Assembly (NCBI GenBank): GCA_903834145.1
Contig: CAILHY010000028.1
Coordinates: 6,325-30,324 of the forward strand
DNA: 24,000 nucleotides
Direction: 5' to 3'
From: an uncultured Actinomycetes bacterium
GTDB taxonomy: Bacteria > Actinomycetota > Actinomycetes > Nanopelagicales > Nanopelagicaceae
The notes below the pieces were generated by a model, which saw nothing but the letters and a program-made list of their open reading frames with translations, was not told the DNA's origin and searched no databases. The translations under genes and the position numbers were made by a program. Shown piece by piece: positions 8,102-16,340 of this stretch (its first letter is position 1; each line of letters starts with the position of its first letter).

Positions 8102-9658
8102 CTACCGTGCTGGTAGCCGAAGAACGATATTTCTATCCTCTGGCCTTCCTTGCGCCCACGCATCAACATCTTCCATTCCCGCAGCAGGCCGTTTCTGCCA
8201 GGCATTAGCACTGAGCACTCGTGACAAAGAGGCGATCTCTAAGGGTGTCTTCGCTTGCGCGTACTCTGCCTCTCCCGCATGATCAACCACTGTGAGTCCA
8301 ATGTAAATATCTCCAGCGTCATCGCGAACAACTTCAACCGTGCGACTTTGCTGTGGCCAGTCCACATGGGAAGCGGTCTCTACTTGCCACAGACCGATAT
8401 TTCTTTCTTGGTCGCCTATCCATTCAATGTGGTGTCGATGTTCGTGGCCAGCAAGCCACAAGATCACCTTGGGATATTTGATCAACATCGCTTCAATTTC
8501 TTCCCGGCATACACGTCGTCCGCTTGGTGCGTAGTCGTTAAACATTTTGGTCAGTGGATGATGGGAGGCAAGTACAACAGTGTTTGTTGATGATGCAATC
8601 TGGTCTTCTAGCCACTCAAACTGTTCTTCATCAAGGGATCCTTGCCATCCACCAAAATGATTCACGCTATCAATGACGATGAGTTTTACCGATCCAACAT
8701 TAGTTGCGTAGTACATCTTCTTATCGAGCGCGTTTTCTTGCGTGAATCCGTGACCTTTCGGCAACCCAGGAGATTTCAGATGCAACGCAGCAAATTCACC
8801 GCGCTCTACTGCGCGGCGTTGCAGGTCAGGAGTGACGAGAACGTAGGCAGCATCGCTAGAAGGGGGATAGTCGGCAGGGCCAATTTCGTTAAAAGCGCTA
8901 AGAGTTTGTTCAAGGGTCATCGTTGAAGGAAGTGATTCGTAACGCTTATCGGCAACCATGGCCTCTGAAATTCCACTGCTGGGAGTCACCGTTCCTTGCA
9001 AAAGTGCGTCATGATTTCCGTGAACGGCATACCAAGGAACGTTTAAACCCGTGGCAGTAAATGGCGCGCGGCACGAATCCAGCAATCCGGGAACTACCGG
9101 ATAGCCGTAACGAGCACGAGCTTGGTCATCTTCTTTTCCTGCCGGAGTTCCGTGCGGATGCCAATACTTTGCGTCATAGTGATCGGCGCCGTCATCGATG
9201 ACGCCTTCATATCGATCCAATGCGCCAGAGTCTGGGCGAATATCTTGACCGTCTAAAAGCGCCAAGTACCAATTGACTTCATTGACTTGTGCGTTATCTG
9301 TTGTGTCTCCTGTGATGATTGCAGCATCTACGTCATGTCCAGAAAGAGGTCCCTGTGCAAGTGCATTGAGTGATTGCACCATCGCTTCGACAACGTGCAC
9401 CGATAACATCGAATGGGCGCGATATGTGCCAATCGTTCCCACCTGATCGCGAATGGGGCTATCAGGATCTGCCCACCGATCCAGGAACTCTGGGCGCACG
9501 GGAGATTGAGTATCACATACATGAAGATCGGAGAGATGATGCATGATTAACAGGGGAGTGCTCTCGGTTGGAAAGGCTACTCCACTATGTTTTTCATCGG
9601 AAGTTTTGAAAAGATTGCGCCAGCCTTTTTCATTCGGAGTACCACGGGTGAAAGCCAT
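8102..9658 (-). CDS. Calcineurin-like metallophosphoesterase (large actinobacterial TIGR03767-like type)
   Basis: Metallophosphoesterase motifs appear in order: LSDLHVCD, ITGDTTDN, VHGNHD, ASHHPL and GHEHRH. I place the start at the ATG at 9658 (MAFTRG...), 5 nt after the upstream gene's stop. The ORF-track start at 9712 would overlap that gene by 50 nt. Confidence 0.75.
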   Translation of the reverse strand: MAFTRGTPNEKGWRNLFKTSDEKHSGVAFPTESTPLLIMHHLSDLHVCDTQSPVRPEFLDRWADPDSPIRDQVGTIGTYRAHSMLSVHVVEAMVQSLNALAQGPLSGHDVDAAIITGDTTDNAQVNEVNWYLALLDGQDIRPDSGALDRYEGVIDDGADHYDAKYWHPHGTPAGKEDDQARARYGYPVVPGLLDSCRAPFTATGLNVPWYAVHGNHDALLQGTVTPSSGISEAMVADKRYESLPSTMTLEQTLSAFNEIGPADYPPSSDAAYVLVTPDLQRRAVERGEFAALHLKSPGLPKGHGFTQENALDKKMYYATNVGSVKLIVIDSVNHFGGWQGSLDEEQFEWLEDQIASSTNTVVLASHHPLTKMFNDYAPSGRRVCREEIEAMLIKYPKVILWLAGHEHRHHIEWIGDQERNIGLWQVETASHVDWPQQSRTVEVVRDDAGDIYIGLTVVDHAGEAEYAQAKTPLEIASLSRVLSANAWQKRPAAGMEDVDAWAQGRPEDRNIVLRLPAR

Positions 9659-9662
9659 CGAA

Positions 9663-10556
9663 CTATGCCAGAGCGTGTGCGATCGCAGAAGTATGCGCGG
9701 GAGAGGAACCACAACAGGAGCCCACGATATTCACTCCCATTTCTTTCATTTCGACCGCGTACTTTGCCATTTCTTCTGGAGTGCCTTCATAAACAAATGT
9801 GTCGCCCACCAGTTTTGGTAAACCAGAATTAGATTGCGTGATGATGTACACGCCCTCTGGCCGCGCATCGACAAGTTCGCGGGCAATTTGGCGCATCTCA
9901 TCCACGCCGCGTCCACAGTTGGCACCGATAATTCGGACTCCGAGAGCGCTGAGGTGCGCAACGGCTTGAGCTGGCTTCACACCCATCATGGTGCGAAGGT
10001 TGGTATCAAAACTCATGGTGGCAATGATCGGTAAATGAGGAGCAACTGCGTGAGAGGCGTTGACCGCGGCCTCAACTTCAGAAAGGTCGCTCATCGTTTC
10101 AATCAAGATTGCGTCAACTCCACCGGCCACTAGCCCTCGAATTTGTTCTGCGAATATTTCCTGGGCGCTCTCCATGGTGAGTGTTCCCATGGGTTCCATG
10201 AGATCACCAGATGGACCAATATCTCCCATCACAAAGGTACCTGGATGGCGATTAGCAACTGTGCGAGCAATACGGGCACCAGCTTCATTGAGCTCCCCAA
10301 CGCGAGATTCGAGCCCGTGAAGTTCTAGGCGCCCGCGCGTGCCGCCAAAAGTATTTGTCGTAATAAATTTTGCACCAGCTGCTGCATATTCTTCGAGAAC
10401 TGCTTCAATGTCCGCTGGCCGATCAACGTTCCACAATTCTGGTGCTCCGCCATCATCAAGGCCACGGCCTTGCAACATGGTGCCCATTCCGCCGTCGGCG
10501 GCCAAAGTGGCGTGGGCTAGGGCTGCATAAATTGCGTTATCGTCTTTCGTGGGCAC
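9663..10556 (-). CDS. Homocysteine S-methyltransferase family protein (MmuM/Hcy-binding-domain type)
   Basis: The N-terminal block DGGMGTMLQ, the ITTNTFGG block and the C-terminal Zn-ligand block IVGSCCGSSPAHTSAI are typical of Pfam S-methyl_trans. The protein is 297 aa with a GTG start at 10556. Confidence 0.8.
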   Translation of the reverse strand: MPTKDDNAIYAALAHATLAADGGMGTMLQGRGLDDGGAPELWNVDRPADIEAVLEEYAAAGAKFITTNTFGGTRGRLELHGLESRVGELNEAGARIARTVANRHPGTFVMGDIGPSGDLMEPMGTLTMESAQEIFAEQIRGLVAGGVDAILIETMSDLSEVEAAVNASHAVAPHLPIIATMSFDTNLRTMMGVKPAQAVAHLSALGVRIIGANCGRGVDEMRQIARELVDARPEGVYIITQSNSGLPKLVGDTFVYEGTPEEMAKYAVEMKEMGVNIVGSCCGSSPAHTSAIAHALA

Positions 10557-10576
10557 TGGGGAAGTGTACCCTCGCT

Positions 10577-11320
10577 TTGTTGCGGAGGTGGGAATTGCTG
10601 TCGTTTATTCTTCTTGTCATCACGGGATTTGTTGTTGGGACAATTAATGGAATGGCAGGTGGAGCTTCCCTGATTTCATTTCCCATCTTGTTGGCACTAG
10701 GTCTCAATCCAGTGACTGCCACCGTGACAAATGCTGTTGGGATAACGAGCGCAAATCTCTTTGCGGTGCGCGCAAGTGATCAAAGTGCAAAAAAACTAAT
10801 CCGTGCATTCAAATATCATATAATTTTGGCATCAATATTTGCCTGCATAGGTGCGATGCTATTGCTGGCTCTTCCTTCACGTGTATTCGAAGGTGTGGTT
10901 CCATACTTGCTTTTGGGAGCAACGCTTTCAATTCTCATTCCAGCAAAAGCCCGAGAAGGCATGAGAAACACTGTTGCCGAATTCATGGCCACAGCAGCAA
11001 GTGGTTTTTACTGTGGCTATTTCGGACCAGGGCAAGGAGTGATGGTTATTGCACTCCTGTCCCGAGACAAAAATCGGGACCCCAAGACCATCAATGCCGT
11101 GAAAAATGTAATTACAGGCATTACAAGTGTGATTTCCAATATTATTTATATCTTCAGTGGCAGGGTGCACTGGCTATTTGCTGCAGGATTATTTATCGGA
11201 TCAAGTTTTGGCGGAACTTTAGGCGGCAAATGGGCGAATAAAATGCCACCGATCTTTTACAAGTCCTTGGTCTTTGCCGTAGGAATCATTGCCTCGGTTT
11301 GGCTCTTTGTTCGCAATTAA
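10577..11320 (+). CDS. TauE/SafE-family anion (sulfite/organosulfonate) exporter-like membrane protein
   Basis: The protein is polytopic and hydrophobic. It has the family-typical motif GTINGMAGGASLISFPILLALGL and a second half with GYFGPGQGVMVIALL. I trimmed the start to the TTG at 10577 (or 10580). The ORF-track extension from 10370 is non-hydrophobic and lies antisense inside the neighbouring gene. Confidence 0.7.
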   Translation: MLRRWELLSFILLVITGFVVGTINGMAGGASLISFPILLALGLNPVTATVTNAVGITSANLFAVRASDQSAKKLIRAFKYHIILASIFACIGAMLLLALPSRVFEGVVPYLLLGATLSILIPAKAREGMRNTVAEFMATAASGFYCGYFGPGQGVMVIALLSRDKNRDPKTINAVKNVITGITSVISNIIYIFSGRVHWLFAAGLFIGSSFGGTLGGKWANKMPPIFYKSLVFAVGIIASVWLFVRN

Positions 11321-12036
11321 ACCAGATCAAGTATTCCCTCTTCGGTCATAATCTGGCTGTACCGCAGCCGATCTTCGTCGCTGACCTCTGCCCACGTCCT
11401 GGCTGATGCCCTGACTCCATGACTCATGAATGCATTAATTTTTACTCGTACCGATGGATCGGCGCGAAGCAACCACTGAGCGGTCTTGCGCAATTCCTCA
11501 TCGGAATCATTCTGACCGGGAATGAGTAAGAGCCTGACTTCGTATAACTTTCCACGTGAGGCCAAATATTTTATTGTCTCAAGTACTGCCGTATTGGATT
11601 GCGTAGTCAGGGCGATGTGGCGTTCGTTATCGAGCACTTTAAGGTCCAGCATCACTCCATCGGTGACAGGCAGAAGCACTTCCCAAATATGTTTTTCCGC
11701 ATTTCCGTTGCTGTCGATAAATGTTGTGAGTTGTTTAAGATCTGGCGCGGCTTTTATCGCAGCAAAGAGATCAAAGAGAAATTCATGTTGAACTGTTGCT
11801 TCCCCACCTGAAACCGTTACGCCGGTTATGTAGGGGAGTGACTCTCGGATCTTGGTGAGCACCTCCTCGACGGAGTAATCCTTGGCGCGAGGGGTTTGCA
11901 AAGGAATAGTTTGAGGATTGTGGCAGGCAAGGCAATTGAAGTTGCATCCTTGCAGAAAGAGAACGAACCTATTTCCTGGGCCATCAACCCAGGAAAACTG
12001 AATGACGTCAGCTACTTGCGCGTGGTGAGCTCTCAT
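11317..12036 (-). CDS. Glycyl-radical enzyme activating protein (radical SAM, PflA/YjjW-like)
   Basis: The sequence SWVDGPGNRFVLFLQGCNFNCLACHNP combines the activase N-terminal motif with the CX3CX2C radical-SAM cluster. VSGGEATV is the SAM-binding GGE motif. The protein is 239 aa, and its start overlaps the end of the upstream putative glycyl-radical enzyme by 29 nt. Confidence 0.8.
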   Translation of the reverse strand: MRAHHAQVADVIQFSWVDGPGNRFVLFLQGCNFNCLACHNPQTIPLQTPRAKDYSVEEVLTKIRESLPYITGVTVSGGEATVQHEFLFDLFAAIKAAPDLKQLTTFIDSNGNAEKHIWEVLLPVTDGVMLDLKVLDNERHIALTTQSNTAVLETIKYLASRGKLYEVRLLLIPGQNDSDEELRKTAQWLLRADPSVRVKINAFMSHGVRASARTWAEVSDEDRLRYSQIMTEEGILDLV

Positions 12037-13555
12037 GGCTCATGACCCGCTTCACTATTCGTTGATCCACATGAGAATCAGCGACAGATCCCGCGCCGAG
12101 GTATGTGCTTGCATGTCGGGCGCTGGGCATTTTCGCGAGGTCTGATTTTCGCACCAGATAACCTGTGATGCGTATGAAGTCATTGCTATCAAGGTTGAAT
12201 GTGAAATCGCGCATCCCGTCCTTGAAAGCACCTCGGATAACATCCACGACGGCTTGTGGATTTTTAACGGCGGTGTCATCAAAGGAAAGCACGTCACTGA
12301 TGCCGGATGCAAAGAGGTGATGATGGCGGCTCACTGTTTTAAGGTGCTCGAACAAAGGCGGCTCACTTCCGATGGGAATGCGAGTACCTGCAGTTACTCC
12401 AAGATCCAAGTCGATACCTGATTGCGAATGAAGCATGGCTCGCCCATCGTTGCCTTCGCAATAGGGCATTGGGCGATTAGCCACCCATGCTGCGATGGTG
12501 GATGTGATTCGGTAGGAAAGGTCATCTGCCTTTGCTGAATGACCATAAGTGTCACTGGAGCCCTCGCGCTCCATCAAAATGTTTACCGCTTCGGCAAGGC
12601 CAAAGATTCCAAACATTGCAGAGAATCTATCCAGTGACAGGAGACCCTCTTGCGCGAGCCAGTGCGAGGTGTAGAAGTGTGATTCTTCCACGAGGAATTT
12701 AATACGAGATTCCATGAGTTCGGCAGTGAGTTCCAAATAATGGGGCAAGGTAGTTGCGAAGAATTCATCTACTCCGCCGCCACCAGCGAGGACCGTTTCT
12801 TTGAGATTGATTCGTACGAGGGTATGTGAACCACCACCAATTTTAAGAGAGTTGTAGCAGCTCACTGCTGCGTAATCATGGCCCAAGTCCGCTTGCATCA
12901 TTTCATCATTAATAAAGTGTGGCTTTCCGCAGGCAAAGACTGTTGAGACTGCATCAAGAAGATACTCATTGCTTGTAAGAATTGGTTCGACTTTCAGTGA
13001 AATATTTGGAACCACTTGTAGCAGTTCTCGCTCGAGGGCCAGGATCGTTCTCGCAACACGGTTATATACGGGACTCAGATTTGTGTGCGCGAAAGCATCA
13101 GGGAACATTCGATCGAGAGAAATCCAGAATCGTTTGAGTTTTGCGTATAGATCTTCATCGCTGACATGGTCAACGTAAGGAAGAAGTAAAGTGTCAAGAT
13201 CTCCAAAATAGACTGGGTAGCCTGTGATGGATGGCGTTTGTGAATACATGATCAACAAAAATGCGAGAGCGTCATCAAGATTTTGTGCAGGAGGTAACTC
13301 TAAAAAAGCAGAGCCTTGGGTGAGAACGCGATCGTAATCAGGTAATAAATAGCGTGGACGATAGGGTGCGTTTCCTTCGTACATGTCGCAGATGATGCGT
13401 TTTTCCAGCGCGCTCGTGCATTCATCGCTGACAGTAGGTGGATCTAAGAGGTTCTCCGCCAAGTTGGCTAACCCCGCCACTCTTTGGCGATAGGTGTATT
13501 TAGGATTGGTAACCATGGCGCGGATGTCATCAAGTGGAGTGAACATGTACGCCAT
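12008..13555 (-). CDS. Putative short glycyl-radical enzyme, YjjI/HI0521 (DUF3029) type
   Basis: The ~515-aa protein (557 aa if the TTG at 13681 is used) has FIRITGYLV about 50 aa from its C-terminus, resembling the glycyl-radical fingerprint R-[IV]-x-G-[YF]. It is translationally coupled to an activase. It is too short for PFL-class enzymes. It lacks the Cys4 site and WNxGK tail of NrdD. The start is uncertain: ATG at 13555 or 13546, or TTG at 13681. Confidence 0.55.
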   Translation of the reverse strand: MAYMFTPLDDIRAMVTNPKYTYRQRVAGLANLAENLLDPPTVSDECTSALEKRIICDMYEGNAPYRPRYLLPDYDRVLTQGSAFLELPPAQNLDDALAFLLIMYSQTPSITGYPVYFGDLDTLLLPYVDHVSDEDLYAKLKRFWISLDRMFPDAFAHTNLSPVYNRVARTILALERELLQVVPNISLKVEPILTSNEYLLDAVSTVFACGKPHFINDEMMQADLGHDYAAVSCYNSLKIGGGSHTLVRINLKETVLAGGGGVDEFFATTLPHYLELTAELMESRIKFLVEESHFYTSHWLAQEGLLSLDRFSAMFGIFGLAEAVNILMEREGSSDTYGHSAKADDLSYRITSTIAAWVANRPMPYCEGNDGRAMLHSQSGIDLDLGVTAGTRIPIGSEPPLFEHLKTVSRHHHLFASGISDVLSFDDTAVKNPQAVVDVIRGAFKDGMRDFTFNLDSNDFIRITGYLVRKSDLAKMPSARHASTYLGAGSVADSHVDQRIVKRVMSHESSPRASS

Positions 13556-13674
13556 CCTAAGTCGCACTATGGGTGGGAAATAGGAAAGAGGGCTGCTCGG
13601 CCACCCCTTCGACACTCTTTGAGGGCTAGCACTTGATGGGAGCAGTTCTGTGCTCGAGGTATTAGCCTCTGGGG

Positions 13675-14703
13675 ATGTCAATCACCTCAGGTAACCCGGC
13701 TTTTGAGATTTATGCAGCAATTGGCGATGACCAACTCGAGTCACTGGCTCCGCTTCCCGCTGGTGGCTTCACGCGAGAAACTTTGAGGGTCGCACTTGTC
13801 CAAGATTTGTGGCACGGATCTATGGACGCGCAAATGGAATCGCTTGAAGGCGCCATCGATCTCTGTGCGGAATATCAACCAGATCTCATCGTCTTGCCCG
13901 AGCTCACTCTCTATCCCTATGCGTGTTGGCAACCCAATTCACAAGAATCTGATTTTCATCCCGAGGATCTCATGGAAGGCCCCTCGTACGTGTTTGCTCG
14001 GAAGATGGCACGGCGCGTAAAAGCGACAGTGGTTATTTCTCTCTATGAAAATCCGGATGATGAAAGCGAACTGGGTTACAACACTGCGATAACTCTTTCA
14101 CCAGCGGGTGAACTCGTCATGCGCACTCGCAAAACACATTTGCCACAAACAGCAGGATATTTTGAAAATACATATTTCAGTTGTGGCAATGATGGAACCC
14201 CTGGTGCGATCGTTGGCGAAGCAATCGTGGGAACGCCAACGTGCTGGGATCAATGGTTTCCTGAATTGGCTAGGGCATATGCACTCGAAAGCGCCGATGT
14301 TGTGATCTATCCGACGGCAATCGGCTCTGAACCAAATTTTCCACACTTTGATACCGCGCCATTGTGGAAGACAACAATGGTTGCCCATGCGATCGCTAAC
14401 GGACTCTTTGTTGGTGCCGTCAATCGCGTTGGCACTGAAGGGCCTAATACTTTTTATGGCTCCTCCTTTATTGCCGACCCATTTGGTCGCACATTGGTAG
14501 AGGCGGGAAGGGATGAGCAGGCAATTCTGATCGCCGATTGCGAGCTTGATCAACGAAGAGATTGGTTGACCCTCTTCCCATTCTTTAAGACCCGGCGCCC
14601 TGAGATGTACACATCCCTTGTTGCCGAGGAAGATGAAGCCCTTCAGCAAGTGGAGCAAGTGGAGCAAGTGGAGCAAGTGGAAGAAAAGGGAGATAGTCAA
14701 TGA
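13675..14703 (+). CDS. Carbon-nitrogen hydrolase, N-carbamoylputrescine amidase (AguB)-like
   Basis: The nitrilase-superfamily catalytic triad context is present: Glu in VLPELTLYPY, Lys in RKTHLPQ, and Cys in GTPTCWDQWFPELAR. CWDQWFPE is the block I associate with AguB. An alternative start is the TTG at 13783, just before LRVALVQ. The C-terminal tail carries a QVE repeat. Confidence 0.8.
   Translation: MSITSGNPAFEIYAAIGDDQLESLAPLPAGGFTRETLRVALVQDLWHGSMDAQMESLEGAIDLCAEYQPDLIVLPELTLYPYACWQPNSQESDFHPEDLMEGPSYVFARKMARRVKATVVISLYENPDDESELGYNTAITLSPAGELVMRTRKTHLPQTAGYFENTYFSCGNDGTPGAIVGEAIVGTPTCWDQWFPELARAYALESADVVIYPTAIGSEPNFPHFDTAPLWKTTMVAHAIANGLFVGAVNRVGTEGPNTFYGSSFIADPFGRTLVEAGRDEQAILIADCELDQRRDWLTLFPFFKTRRPEMYTSLVAEEDEALQQVEQVEQVEQVEEKGDSQ
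14646..14681 (+). repeat. Perfect 9-bp tandem repeat (GCAAGTGGA x4), in frame in the tail of the C-N hydrolase
   Basis: Read directly from the sequence: gcaagtgga occurs at 14646-14654, 14655-14663, 14664-14672 and 14673-14681. It encodes QQVEQVEQVEQVEE. Confidence 0.95.
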
Positions 14704-16325
14704 GTGCCACGGTATTTACCAATGGAACAATCTGGACGGGCGTTGAGTCCAATCTCATTGTTGGGGCGCTGGCCATTGAAGGCGAATCCATAGTCGCACT
14801 GGGCGCGCAAGCCACCGAATTGATTTCATCCGGTGGGGATGTGATAGATCTTCAAGGCGGGATGTTGCTACCGGCATTTGGCGATGGACATGCGCACCCA
14901 CTCTTTGGCGGTCTGGAATCCATTGGGCCACAAATTAAGGGTGCTCCCTCCATGGACGTTCTCTTGGAAACGGTGAAGGCCTTTGCGTTGGCGAATCCTG
15001 ACAAAGAATGGATCGTGGGCGCCTCCTATGAATCCTGGCATGCACCTAATGGTGAATTTGATGCAACGTGGCTAGATGCCGCTGTTTCAGATCGCCCCGT
15101 CGTACTGCGCGCAAATGATTACCACACGATTTGGTGCAACTCCAAGGCCCTTGAAATTGCAGGAGTCACGAAAGAAACCCCGCAACCGCCACTAGGAATG
15201 ATTGTTCACCGCCCAGATGGAACGCCGATGGGCACCATGCGCGAATGGGGCGCAGTGAATTTGATTATGGATCACCTGCCAGAAAATTCTCGCACGGAAT
15301 TTCGTGAAGGTTTTCGTGTATCTACTCAAACACTTGCTGCCTCAGGAATTACGTGGGTGCAGGATGCATGGATTGATCCAGGAATGCCCGAGTCTTATTT
15401 GGATGCACTTGCCAATGGTTTACTGGGAGTGCGCTACAACCTGGCACTTCGAGCCGATCCATTTAACTGGCGAAATCAGATGGAGTGGTTTTCATCAGCT
15501 CGCGAAAAAGTAGGCGTTCATAGCCACCTCACCTGTAAGACTATTAAATTCTTTGCAGATGGTGTCATCGAAGGTGGAACAGCAGCGCTCAAAGATCCAT
15601 ACTTTGATGCTCCAGAATCCAAGGGGATGCCGTGTTGGGATTGGCAAGAACTCACAGAGGCCGTTACTGCCATCGATGCATTGGGGTTTCAACCTCATAT
15701 TCACGCCATCGGCGATGACGGTATTCATGCAGCGTTGAATGCTATTGAGTATGCACAATCCATCAATAAAGAACGTTCGCATCCGCGACCAGTGATTACT
15801 CATGTGCAACTTCTTGATCCAGTGGACCTGCCACGTTTTGCGAAGCTCGGTGTTGTTGCAAATTTCGAACCTCTGTGGGCATGTAATGATCCATTACAGA
15901 GTGAGCTCACAACGCCACGACTCGGTGTGGACCGTGCCGCCTGGCAGTATCCGATCAAGTCACTTCTGGCCGATGGCGCAGCCGTCTCCTTTGGTTCGGA
16001 TTGGCCCGTGACAACACAGCGCCCCCTTGATTGCTTAACAATTGCCGTGACACGTGAGCATGCACTTGCCGAACATCCCACCCCATGGCTTCCGGATGAG
16101 CGAATCACCATTGACCAAGCGCTTACTGCTTACACCGCGGGTCCTGCTTATCAAGCCGGGGATGAAGGCATTCGCGGGACTTTGCAAGTGGGCTACCAAG
16201 CCGACTTGGTCTGGTTGGATCGAAACATTCGAAGTATTGATCCCACACAAATTCCTTCGGCGCGTGTACTTGGCACCTGGTGCCTTGGCACGAGAGTATT
16301 CACGCACACCGATGAAGCGAATTAG
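14700..16325 (+). CDS. Metal-dependent amidohydrolase (Amidohydro_3 / YtcJ-like)
   Basis: The N-terminus has TNGTIWTG...LLPAFGDGHAHPLFGG, the HxH metal site. Later blocks are HIHAIGD, ITHVQLL and FGSDWPV. The protein is 541 aa, and its ATG overlaps the upstream stop (ATGA). Confidence 0.75.
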   Translation: MSATVFTNGTIWTGVESNLIVGALAIEGESIVALGAQATELISSGGDVIDLQGGMLLPAFGDGHAHPLFGGLESIGPQIKGAPSMDVLLETVKAFALANPDKEWIVGASYESWHAPNGEFDATWLDAAVSDRPVVLRANDYHTIWCNSKALEIAGVTKETPQPPLGMIVHRPDGTPMGTMREWGAVNLIMDHLPENSRTEFREGFRVSTQTLAASGITWVQDAWIDPGMPESYLDALANGLLGVRYNLALRADPFNWRNQMEWFSSAREKVGVHSHLTCKTIKFFADGVIEGGTAALKDPYFDAPESKGMPCWDWQELTEAVTAIDALGFQPHIHAIGDDGIHAALNAIEYAQSINKERSHPRPVITHVQLLDPVDLPRFAKLGVVANFEPLWACNDPLQSELTTPRLGVDRAAWQYPIKSLLADGAAVSFGSDWPVTTQRPLDCLTIAVTREHALAEHPTPWLPDERITIDQALTAYTAGPAYQAGDEGIRGTLQVGYQADLVWLDRNIRSIDPTQIPSARVLGTWCLGTRVFTHTDEAN

Positions 16326-16340
16326 GGACGGTATTTAGAG

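Noticed and set aside
10370-10576. A 69-codon N-terminal extension of the TauE ORF in the ORF track.
   Set aside because: It is non-hydrophobic and Arg/His-rich, and it lies antisense within the conserved N-terminus of the methyltransferase. The family-typical first helix begins after the TTG at 10577.
12008-13681. The possibility that the 557-aa protein plus activase is a class III anaerobic ribonucleotide reductase (NrdD/NrdG).
   Set aside because: The RITGYL motif is NrdD-like. However, the protein lacks the Cys4 zinc ribbon just upstream of the glycine and the WNxGKxxE tail, and I recognised no ATP-cone or NrdD core blocks. A YjjI-type assignment fits better, although an HMM search is needed.
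14098-14700. A 200-aa minus-strand ORF beginning with LLHLLHLLHLL.
   Set aside because: It lies entirely antisense to the AguB-like gene. The Leu/His repeat is only the reverse-strand reading of the 9-bp tandem repeat.
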